Assembly (NCBI RefSeq): GCF_000013905.1
Contig: NC_007969.1
Location: 1,530,001-1,562,000 of the forward strand
Length of the DNA stretch: 32,000 nt
Origin: Psychrobacter cryohalolentis K5
Lineage (GTDB): Bacteria > Pseudomonadota > Gammaproteobacteria > Pseudomonadales > Moraxellaceae
Reading direction: 5' to 3'
The notes beneath the pieces are model-generated. The model was not told where the DNA came from. It saw nothing but the letters and a program-made list of their open reading frames with translations, and ran no database searches. The position numbers were made by a program, and so were the translations under genes. How positions within the stretch are numbered: position 1 is the first letter of the stretch; each line of letters begins with the position of its first letter. This document shows, piece by piece, positions 9,241 through 16,308 of the stretch.

Positions 9241-10164
9241 TTAACCTTGAGCACGGCGGCGTTCTACTTCGCTGCCTTGTATAGCTTGGTCAATGTCTTT
9301 TACTAAATGAAAGTCAAAGTCGATACTTGCGTAAGGCTTATCAAGCGCTTTTTCTTTTAGTTTGTCCGCATCTTCGATCATCGTCACTTCTGGTACCAAG
9401 CCTTCGCGGCTTGCAAAAGCAAAGTCATCCCATAGGTACTCATCGCCATCGATGTTAATCTGCGTGGTCAGTTTGCGATGACCGTCAGCACTGGCAAAGA
9501 AATGAATGTGAGCGGGGCGATGACCATGACGTCCTAGCGCGCCCAATACTTTTTGCGTCATTCCTTCTGGTGGTACTGAGTAACCTAGCGGCACGATGCT
9601 GCGGAATGCATAATTTCCGTTTTCATCGGTAATGATGCTACGACGTAAGTTGAAATGAGACTGTGATTCATCAAAGAAAGAGTAGTTACCTAAGCTGTTG
9701 GCATGCCACACTTCAACTTTTGCGTTTGGAAGAGGCTTTCCATCTTCACCATAAACAGTGCCTTGCATAAATAGCACGGTGCCATTGTCAAGGTCAGTGC
9801 CATCATCTAGACGCGCAAAGCCTTTTTCTTCTGGCGCACCAGCGACATAGAGTGGACCTTCAATAGTACGTACAGTACCACCGTCAAGACCGGCTGCTTT
9901 TAAATCCTCTTCAATCATTAAATCCATGAAGTGATCGAAACCCAAGCCTGGTGATAATAAACCAGCTTCTTTGCCCAAATCACCGATAAACTCAACGCCA
10001 GACCAATATTCATCTGCAGTGATTTTTAAGTCGTTAATGGTTTGCATAAGGTCGGTCACGATACGCAAGACAATCTCTTGTACGCGTGGATTGACTTGCT
10101 CAGGGAAGTCGATTTTGCCTTTGATGAACTGAGTGGCTAATGCTTCAATTTGGCTGCGTTCCAT
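9241..10164 (-). CDS. catA: Catechol 1,2-dioxygenase (intradiol)
   Basis: 307-aa ORF with the intradiol dioxygenase C-terminal domain, including GRHGHRPAHIHF (iron-ligand His pair). AAGGAGAG RBS present. Confidence 0.92.
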   Translation of the reverse strand: MERSQIEALATQFIKGKIDFPEQVNPRVQEIVLRIVTDLMQTINDLKITADEYWSGVEFIGDLGKEAGLLSPGLGFDHFMDLMIEEDLKAAGLDGGTVRTIEGPLYVAGAPEEKGFARLDDGTDLDNGTVLFMQGTVYGEDGKPLPNAKVEVWHANSLGNYSFFDESQSHFNLRRSIITDENGNYAFRSIVPLGYSVPPEGMTQKVLGALGRHGHRPAHIHFFASADGHRKLTTQINIDGDEYLWDDFAFASREGLVPEVTMIEDADKLKEKALDKPYASIDFDFHLVKDIDQAIQGSEVERRRAQG

Positions 10165-10263
10165 GTCTCTCTCCTTATTGAGGACTGTTTTATTAAGGGG
10201 TAATTACAGTGAGTATTCTTACTCAGTTTTTATAGATTCTGATATCAGCTGTACTGGCTTGCT

Positions 10264-10554
10264 TTAGCTGTCATCACTACGAACAGATGATGGATGACGT
10301 AACAATGGTGTCACTTCAACCTTCATGTACGGATAGAGCGGTAATGACATCATAATGTCGTGTAGCTCTTCATTACTCTCAACATCAAAGATGCTGAAGT
10401 TAGAATACTGACCGGCTATGCGCCAAATATGACGCCATTTACCTTGCTCTTGGAGCTTTTGTGATAATGCTTTTTCGGTGGCTTTAAGCTCGTTGACCTT
10501 GTCGGCATCCATATCTGTTGGGATTAAGACATCCATTCTGACGTGGTATAACAT
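10264..10554 (-). CDS. catC: Muconolactone delta-isomerase
   Basis: 96-aa ORF starting MLYHVRMDV, the characteristic size and N-terminus of CatC. It lies directly after catB. Confidence 0.92.
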   Translation of the reverse strand: MLYHVRMDVLIPTDMDADKVNELKATEKALSQKLQEQGKWRHIWRIAGQYSNFSIFDVESNEELHDIMMSLPLYPYMKVEVTPLLRHPSSVRSDDS

Positions 10555-10596
10555 AATTATTTCCTTATATTTGATGACGGGTAATTTTTTTAGCTG

Positions 10597-11769
10597 TTAC
10601 AGTATTTCAGTTTGAGCATTAGTAGCAAGTTGCGGCTTTGATGATTTAAGTGAATTATTGATTGCTTGTTTGGCGTAGTGATAGACTTTATCGCTATCTA
10701 CTTCGATACCAAGACCTGCGCCCATAGGTACATTTAAACCAAAATCTTGATAATCAAGAGGCTGTACTAAAACGTCTTCGGTTAATAGTAAAGGACCAAA
10801 AAGTTCTGTATCAAAATTTAGACTGGGATAGGTTGAGAATACATGGGCGGATGCGGCCGTACCGATAGGACCTTCAAGCATAGTGCCACCATAGAGCTCG
10901 ATACCTGCTAAATGTGCCATTTGTCCGATTAAGCATGCTGCTTTTAATCCGCCTGCTTGATTTATTTTTACGGCAAAAACATCAGCATAATGATCTGCTG
11001 CTAAATGAAAGGCATTCTGAGGATCTTGGACGATTTCATCCGCCATAATGGCTACATCGAAATGTTCGGTTAAGCGTTTTAGGGCGGCTTTATTGCGCAT
11101 TGAGACAGGTTGTTCTATTAAATCAACGCCGCCAGCTTGCAATAGGCTAATACCTTGCATTGCCTCAAGCTCTGTCCATGCTTGGTTGACATCAACCGTA
11201 ATGCGGCAATCAGGCAGCGCTTTTTTGATAGCCAATACGTGGGCAACATCATCAATAATCGGATTGCTACCGATTTTTAATTTAAAAATGCGATGGCGCT
11301 TTTGCTCAATCATGCGCTTCGCTTCGGCGATATCGGTCGCTGTATTGCCGCTGGCAAGCGTCCATGCCACTTCGATACGGTCACGAACACGACCACCAAT
11401 CAGCTCACTTACTGGTAGGTTTAGGCGTTTGCCTTCGATATCGAGTAGGGCAGTTTCAATCGCGCACTTTGCAAAGCGGTTGCCATTGATATGAAGACTT
11501 AGCAGCTGCATGGCTTTTGCTGTGCTAGTAGGCTGTTCTTTTAATAACAGAGGCGTAAAGTAGGTGTCGATATTAGTCTTGATGCTATGAGGGCTTTCTT
11601 CTGCGTAGCTTAGACCGCCAATGGTGGTTGCTTCACCCCAACCTTCATAGCCATCTTCTGTTTGAATGTGCACCAACACCAAAACTTGTTCGTTCATAAC
11701 GGTACAAGCGAGCTTATGAGCTCTTATAGTAGGTATCGGTACCAATAAAGTATTAATTGAACGAATCAT
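10597..11769 (-). CDS. catB: Muconate cycloisomerase (enolase superfamily)
   Basis: 390-aa ORF with MLE/enolase-superfamily metal and base motifs FKLKIG, VDVNQAW, LIEQP and IMADE. It is the first gene downstream of the divergent LysR regulator. Confidence 0.92.
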   Translation of the reverse strand: MIRSINTLLVPIPTIRAHKLACTVMNEQVLVLVHIQTEDGYEGWGEATTIGGLSYAEESPHSIKTNIDTYFTPLLLKEQPTSTAKAMQLLSLHINGNRFAKCAIETALLDIEGKRLNLPVSELIGGRVRDRIEVAWTLASGNTATDIAEAKRMIEQKRHRIFKLKIGSNPIIDDVAHVLAIKKALPDCRITVDVNQAWTELEAMQGISLLQAGGVDLIEQPVSMRNKAALKRLTEHFDVAIMADEIVQDPQNAFHLAADHYADVFAVKINQAGGLKAACLIGQMAHLAGIELYGGTMLEGPIGTAASAHVFSTYPSLNFDTELFGPLLLTEDVLVQPLDYQDFGLNVPMGAGLGIEVDSDKVYHYAKQAINNSLKSSKPQLATNAQTEIL

Positions 11770-11814
11770 AACAGTCCCTATTAAGTTAATGCTGCTTCCT
11801 TATGCTTAATAAGA

Positions 11815-11880
11815 ACTATAGTTGCTGTATAACGACATGTCTAAGACCCATTTAGTCTATTATTAATACCTTTTAGGTAT
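11815..11880 (-). promoter_or_regulatory. catB promoter/operator: BenM/CatM-type site 1 ATAC-N7-GTAT, a second 4-N7-4 dyad, and a candidate -10
   Basis: ATACCTTTTAGGTAT at 11866-11880 matches the ATAC-N7-GTAT consensus known for A. baylyi BenM/CatM. AGACCCATTTAGTCT (AGAC-N7-GTCT) lies at 11844-11858, 22 bp centre to centre (two helical turns). On the minus strand TATAGT (11815-11820) lies ~33 nt beyond the second dyad centre, as expected if that dyad overlaps the -35. Confidence 0.6.
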
Positions 11881-11956
11881 TTTGATAACCAACCCGCACC
11901 ATGTTATGTTCTTTAGGTATCGATAAGCTTATAGATCACTCAAGGAATAACGTTCA

Positions 11957-12874
11957 ATGGAATTGAGACATTTACGCTACTTTGTAGCAGTGGCAGAGGA
12001 AAAAAGTTTTAATAAGGCAGCAGAGCGTTTGTTTATTTCACAACCACCACTGAGCCGTCAGATAAAACAATTAGAAGAAGAGATAGGCGTCACGCTCATT
12101 GATAGGGACAATCGCCCTTTAAAACTTACTGAAGCTGGCGAGTTTTTTTATGATCATGCGCTGCAGATAATAAAGAAATCAGATGATCTGCGTGCTATGA
12201 CTTTTCGTAAGGGTAATTTTGACAACTCACTCTCTATAGGTTTTGTATCGTCGATATTATATGGCATATTGCCAAAAGTGATTGCGCGCTTCAGAGAGGT
12301 CTATCCAAATATAGAAATTAAGTTATATGAATTAAACTCTTGGCAGCAAACACAAAGCTTGGTAGAGGGTAAAATAGATGTTGGTTATGGAAGGTTATTA
12401 TTCGAAGACGCTTCTATTAGACGATTACTATTAAGAGAGGAGAGCTTAGTTGTAGCTGTTCCTGTTAAACATCGTTTGGCACAAGAGAAGCAAAAGAGCA
12501 TTCGTTTAATGGACTTAACCAATGAAAACTTATTGTTATATCCGATGGCACCTCGTCCTAGTTTTATTGACTATGTCTTAGAGTTGTTTGAGGCACGCAA
12601 TCTAAAAGCAAACTATTTTACTGAGGTACGTGAGCTGCATATTGCGTTAGGGTTGGTAGCAGCAGGTGAGGGCTTGACTATCGTACCAAAAACGCTTGAG
12701 CATCTGCGGAGTCAGGAAGTGACTTATATTCCTTTCGAGGACGGGCTTTTAACCTCTCCTATTGTCATGAGTGTGAGACACTTTGACAAGTCAGAATTGT
12801 TAAAAACATTGTTAGACGTGACTTATCAGATTTATGATGAAGAAGGGTTTGATTATAAGCGTGAGACAATATGA
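11957..12874 (+). CDS. catM: LysR-type transcriptional activator of the BenM/CatM family
   Basis: 305-aa ORF. The N-terminus MELRHLRYFVAVAEEKSFNKAAERLFISQPPLSRQIKQLEEEIG closely resembles what I recall of A. baylyi BenM/CatM (MELRHLRYFVAV...AQPPLSRQI). C-terminal LALGLVAAGEG block present. It is divergent from catB. Confidence 0.88.
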   Translation: MELRHLRYFVAVAEEKSFNKAAERLFISQPPLSRQIKQLEEEIGVTLIDRDNRPLKLTEAGEFFYDHALQIIKKSDDLRAMTFRKGNFDNSLSIGFVSSILYGILPKVIARFREVYPNIEIKLYELNSWQQTQSLVEGKIDVGYGRLLFEDASIRRLLLREESLVVAVPVKHRLAQEKQKSIRLMDLTNENLLLYPMAPRPSFIDYVLELFEARNLKANYFTEVRELHIALGLVAAGEGLTIVPKTLEHLRSQEVTYIPFEDGLLTSPIVMSVRHFDKSELLKTLLDVTYQIYDEEGFDYKRETI

Positions 12875-12970
12875 ATACATCATAGTGTTAATATAGAATA
12901 TAAACCTATGCGTGAGAATTTACGAGTGCTAGTTCAATAAACGAGTCATTGCCGTTAAGCCCAATAAAAG

Positions 12971-13882
12971 CTAAGGTATGGACTCGTCCCAGTACGGTGG
13001 CGTGCCATAATAGCCTTCCACAAAATCAATAAAACACCTCACTTTATGTGGTAGCAATTTTCTATGAGCATAGACTGCATATAAGCCCAAAGCCTCAGGC
13101 TCAAGTTTTGGCAACACTACGACTAGTTTGCCACTACTAAGCGCTTCGCTGATAATAAAAGTCGGCTGTAATACTATTCCTGCGCCTGCAATAGCCGCGT
13201 CCACCAATACATCACCATTATTACTACGAAGCTCGCTACCTTGCTTGAGGTATTTTGCTTTTAATAATTGGTAGATATCGTCCTTACCATCCATATTCAT
13301 ATAGCTGTAATGCAAATAGCGGTGTTCGGCAATATCTTCAGGTTGAGTAGGCGTGCCATGTTTGTTCAGGTAATCAGGTGCAGCGCATAACATCACACGA
13401 ATGGGTGCGACCTTCTTGGCAATCAATGACGAGCTTTTTAGCTGCCCGATACGCAAGGCCACATCGAAACCCTCCTCGACAATATCGACTTTGCGATCAG
13501 TCAATTGTAGGTCGACTTTGACCAATGGATAATGTATCTGAAAGTCAGTGATTAACTTAGCCATATGTTTTAAGGCAAACGATACTGGTGCACTGATTCT
13601 TAAGACGCCTTTGGGATTCTGTTGTAAACCACCTAATTTTGATTCCATATCATCAATGCTAAGTAAAATCTGTTGTGCATGTCCGAAGTAATGACTACCA
13701 GCTTCGGTAAGGCTGACTTTACGAGTGGTGCGATTAAGCAGGCGACTATTTAGCTGCTCCTCCAACTTAGAGACATATTTGCTTACCAACTGCGGTGACA
13801 GCTGCAAGGTATTTGCCGCATTACTAAAGCTGCCTTCGGTCACCACTGCCACAAAGGCACGCATCGCATCGATTCTATCCAT
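12971..13882 (-). CDS. LysR-family transcriptional regulator (second, unrelated paralogue)
   Basis: HTH region MDRIDAMRAFVAVVTEGSFSNAANTLQLSPQLVSKYVSKLEEQLNSRLLNRTTRKVSLTEAG. The track ORF extends to 13936. I prefer ATG at 13880-13882 because LTTRs begin right at this helix. It is divergent from doxX. Confidence 0.85.
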   Translation of the reverse strand: MDRIDAMRAFVAVVTEGSFSNAANTLQLSPQLVSKYVSKLEEQLNSRLLNRTTRKVSLTEAGSHYFGHAQQILLSIDDMESKLGGLQQNPKGVLRISAPVSFALKHMAKLITDFQIHYPLVKVDLQLTDRKVDIVEEGFDVALRIGQLKSSSLIAKKVAPIRVMLCAAPDYLNKHGTPTQPEDIAEHRYLHYSYMNMDGKDDIYQLLKAKYLKQGSELRSNNGDVLVDAAIAGAGIVLQPTFIISEALSSGKLVVVLPKLEPEALGLYAVYAHRKLLPHKVRCFIDFVEGYYGTPPYWDESIP

Positions 13883-14044
13883 ATTTTGCTCTATTTCTAT
13901 TGAACCATCAAAATTAAATGCCGAAAAAATTATCAATGATATGTTGTTAATTACTCAATATTATCTATCTTACTCTTTTACTGTGTTGATAGTAAAGTGT
14001 GTCTATAGCATTTATCCTAATCACACGTTATAGAGTAATTATCA

Positions 14045-14497
14045 ATGAAACCATCACTATTAAATAAAATTTTAACATCAGAAGCTGGCACTGCAGCCTT
14101 AATCCTTCGTGTACCCGTAGGTTTGATTTTGATGGCACATGGCGCACAAAAGTTATTTGGCTGGTTTGGTGGCAATGGGCTGGCTGGCACGGCTGGGTGG
14201 TTAAGCAGTATGGGTATGGAACCTGGTTTGTTAATGGCAATATTGGCAGGGGGTGCCGAATTCTTTGGTGGTCTTGCCTTAGTCTTAGGATTGCTGACTC
14301 GACCTGCTGCATTAGTTGCTGCATTTACGATGTTAGTCGCCATCTTCTCTGTACATATCGGTAATGGATTATTTGCCGCTGATGGTGGCTACGAATATGC
14401 CTTGACCTTAATGGTAGCTTTGCTGGCTTTAGCGGTACAAGGTGGCGGTTATCTCAGTATGGATAACGCTTTATCAAAAAAATTAGATAATGATTAA
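14045..14497 (+). CDS. DoxX-family inner-membrane protein
   Basis: 150-aa ORF with four hydrophobic segments and the DoxX-typical AHGAQKLFGWFGG motif in the first. Confidence 0.8.
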   Translation: MKPSLLNKILTSEAGTAALILRVPVGLILMAHGAQKLFGWFGGNGLAGTAGWLSSMGMEPGLLMAILAGGAEFFGGLALVLGLLTRPAALVAAFTMLVAIFSVHIGNGLFAADGGYEYALTLMVALLALAVQGGGYLSMDNALSKKLDND

Positions 14498-14718
14498 TAA
14501 ATCCACATTTACTCGCTAATAGTAAGTGTCCATCTTAAATAATGGCAACAATTGGACTAAAAACTGGCAACCTATATAAGATAAAGAAGGCTATGTTCGC
14601 TGGCGTGTGACGTTAGTATGCTTCCATGTGGCTTATTATTATTTAAAAGCATTGAATCCTAATGGAACTGTCCCTGTTCATCCTAGCAGTATTTAGTAAA
14701 GATAATGGAGTGAAGCTA

Positions 14719-15537
14719 ATGAATAATGAGTCTATTTCAGCCACGCAGCCAGTATTATTTATACCTCACGGTGCAGGTCCTTGTTTTTTTATGGAGTGGC
14801 AGCCAACTGATACTTGGGATCAAATGGCCGAATTTTTAAAAGGTATCTCAAGTCGCTTGCCACAGCGCCCAAAAGCTGTTTTGATCATCAGCGCACATTG
14901 GCAAGCACCCGAGTTTAGTATCACCACTAGTATGCAACCTGATCTAATTTATGATTATTATGGGTTCCCTGAGCATACTTATCAGCTGACTTATCCAGCA
15001 GTGGGCGCGCCAGTATTGGCTGAACGGATAGGTAATATGCTCACTGATGCAGGTTTAAACAATACACAAGATGCTATAAGAGGCTTTGATCATGGAGTAT
15101 TCATCCCGTTAAAACTCATGTTCCCTAATGCGGATATTCCAGTAGTGCAGTTATCGCTACGTCATGATCTCGATCCTGAAGCCCATTTAATGGCAGGTAA
15201 AGCAATTGCGGCATTACGTAATGAAGGGGTGTTGATTGTGGGCAGCGGTATGAGTTTTCATAATATGCGCGGTTATGGCGATAAAAAATTCACGGCTCCA
15301 TCAGTGGTATTTGATAATTGGTTAACTAAGACGGTTGCAGCCGATGAAGATGCGCGATTTGCAGCCCTTAGTGATTGGTCTAAAGCGCCCCATGCTATCG
15401 AGTCTCATCTATTAGGAAGCGAAGAGCATTTGATCCCGCTGATGGTTATCGCGGGCGCAGCAGGAACAGATCAAGGGCAAAAGGTCTATTCTCAGCAAGT
15501 AATGAAGACTCAGATATCAGCCTTTCAGTTTGGCTAA
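14719..15537 (+). CDS. ygiD: Class III (LigB-type) extradiol ring-cleavage dioxygenase, YgiD / 4,5-DOPA-dioxygenase-like
   Basis: Motifs FIPHGAGP, ISAHW, DHGVFIPL and GSGMSFHN match the LigB/YgiD family. The track ORF starts at 14662. I prefer ATG at 14719 (MNNESISATQ...), preceded by GGAG, which puts PHGAGP about 15 aa from the N-terminus as in YgiD. Confidence 0.8.
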   Translation: MNNESISATQPVLFIPHGAGPCFFMEWQPTDTWDQMAEFLKGISSRLPQRPKAVLIISAHWQAPEFSITTSMQPDLIYDYYGFPEHTYQLTYPAVGAPVLAERIGNMLTDAGLNNTQDAIRGFDHGVFIPLKLMFPNADIPVVQLSLRHDLDPEAHLMAGKAIAALRNEGVLIVGSGMSFHNMRGYGDKKFTAPSVVFDNWLTKTVAADEDARFAALSDWSKAPHAIESHLLGSEEHLIPLMVIAGAAGTDQGQKVYSQQVMKTQISAFQFG

Positions 15538-15602
15538 GCTCAGATTCTTCTATCAAACCTCAATATCAATCAAGCTACCTGAATGTTTCTAAAATTAATA
15601 AG

Positions 15603-15645
15603 AGCCCGCTAAAATGCCTCAGTAGATGCTTAGTGGGTTTTTTAT
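15603..15645 (+). terminator. Candidate rho-independent terminator of the dioxygenase gene
   Basis: AGCCCGCTAA (15603-15612) pairs with TTAGTGGGTT (15630-15639), 10 bp including 2 G-U pairs. The 17-nt loop is followed by a T-run (15638-15643). The loop is large, hence moderate confidence. Confidence 0.45.
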
Positions 15646-15925
15646 ACATAACGCAGCTATGTGGTCTACGCTGTAAGTCAGGTAGGAACTAAATTGGGAG
15701 ATTTTAGGCATACTGCTTAATAATAACCTATGCTATCGATTTCGTAATCATGCAATCCATATCTAAAATGAATAGTTCGATATCTGTATAGCGCATCGAT
15801 CATAAATCAATGCAAATGAGTGTTATGGTTAGGAGGTTCTAAGCACACGAAAATCAACAGTCAGTCTATAGTGGTCAGCATACTATCAGGCAAGTCTGAC
15901 ACGGCAAATCCCATCACACGACAGG

Positions 15926-15961
15926 CATACAAACCTAAACACGGCTAGATAACACTAGCCG
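15926..15961 (-). terminator. GC-rich 7-bp hairpin with U-rich tail on the minus strand. Possible distal terminator of the pvs operon
   Basis: CGGCTAG (15942-15948) and CTAGCCG (15955-15961) form a perfect stem with a 6-nt loop. On the minus strand it is followed by TGTTTAGGTTTGTATG. It lies ~350 nt beyond the pvsE stop, and I find no better hairpin between 16308 and here. Confidence 0.3.
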
Positions 15962-16122
15962 CCTTTGATACGAATATAGGTGACATCACCTGTCTAGAAT
16001 TGTTTAAGCGCAGATGGGTTAAAGTTTAATAGGTTTTCATGGGTCTTATGCGCATCATCAGCTTTCTTGTATTTATAAGTCTTTATTCAACGACTTTGAG
16101 TTTCTATTTTTGCCATAACCTT

Positions 16123-16218
16123 ACCTGTCAACCTGTCAACCTGTCAACCTGTCAACCTGTCAACCTGTCAACCTGTCAACCTGTCAACCTGTCAACCTGT
16201 CAACCTGTCAACCTGTCA
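16123..16218. repeat. Perfect octanucleotide tandem repeat (ACCTGTCA)x12
   Basis: Counted directly: 12 uninterrupted 8-bp units over 96 bp. The minus strand reads (TTGACAGG)n. It lies in the convergent gap, 90 nt beyond the pvsE stop codon. Confidence 0.98.
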
Positions 16219-16308
16219 CACTTAAACCAGCTTCATTCTTTCTTAATTATTAACGGTGCCTAACAAAGACGCAAATTCTTCTTCATATATTAAATTAGCC
16301 TTATCCTT

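Noticed and set aside
14017-14343. Two overlapping minus-strand ORFs (108 and 98 aa) opposite doxX.
   Set aside because: Pro/Asn/Gln-rich low-complexity translations antisense to a well-formed DoxX ORF. These are typical shadow ORFs.
14543-14556. TGGCAACAATTGG resembling a sigma54 -24/-12 element.
   Set aside because: The -12 position reads TTGG instead of TTGC, and no enhancer-binding-protein gene is nearby. It is better explained as part of the TGGCAAC direct repeat around a sigma70-like promoter.
16123-16218. Possible CRISPR array or iteron set.
   Set aside because: The units are 8 bp and directly abutting, with no spacers. There are no cas genes, and no replication or partition genes nearby. 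It is a simple tandem repeat.
16039-16263. 74-aa ORF (MGLMRIISFLVFISLYSTTLSFYFC... followed by CQPVNLST repeats) with a hydrophobic N-terminus. It could be a phase-variable small secreted peptide.
   Set aside because: Nearly half of it is simply the translation of the octamer array. There is only a weak AGG upstream and no lipobox. All three frames terminate within about 45 nt after the array, so slippage would not switch it on or off. Treated as a by-product of the repeat, not a gene.
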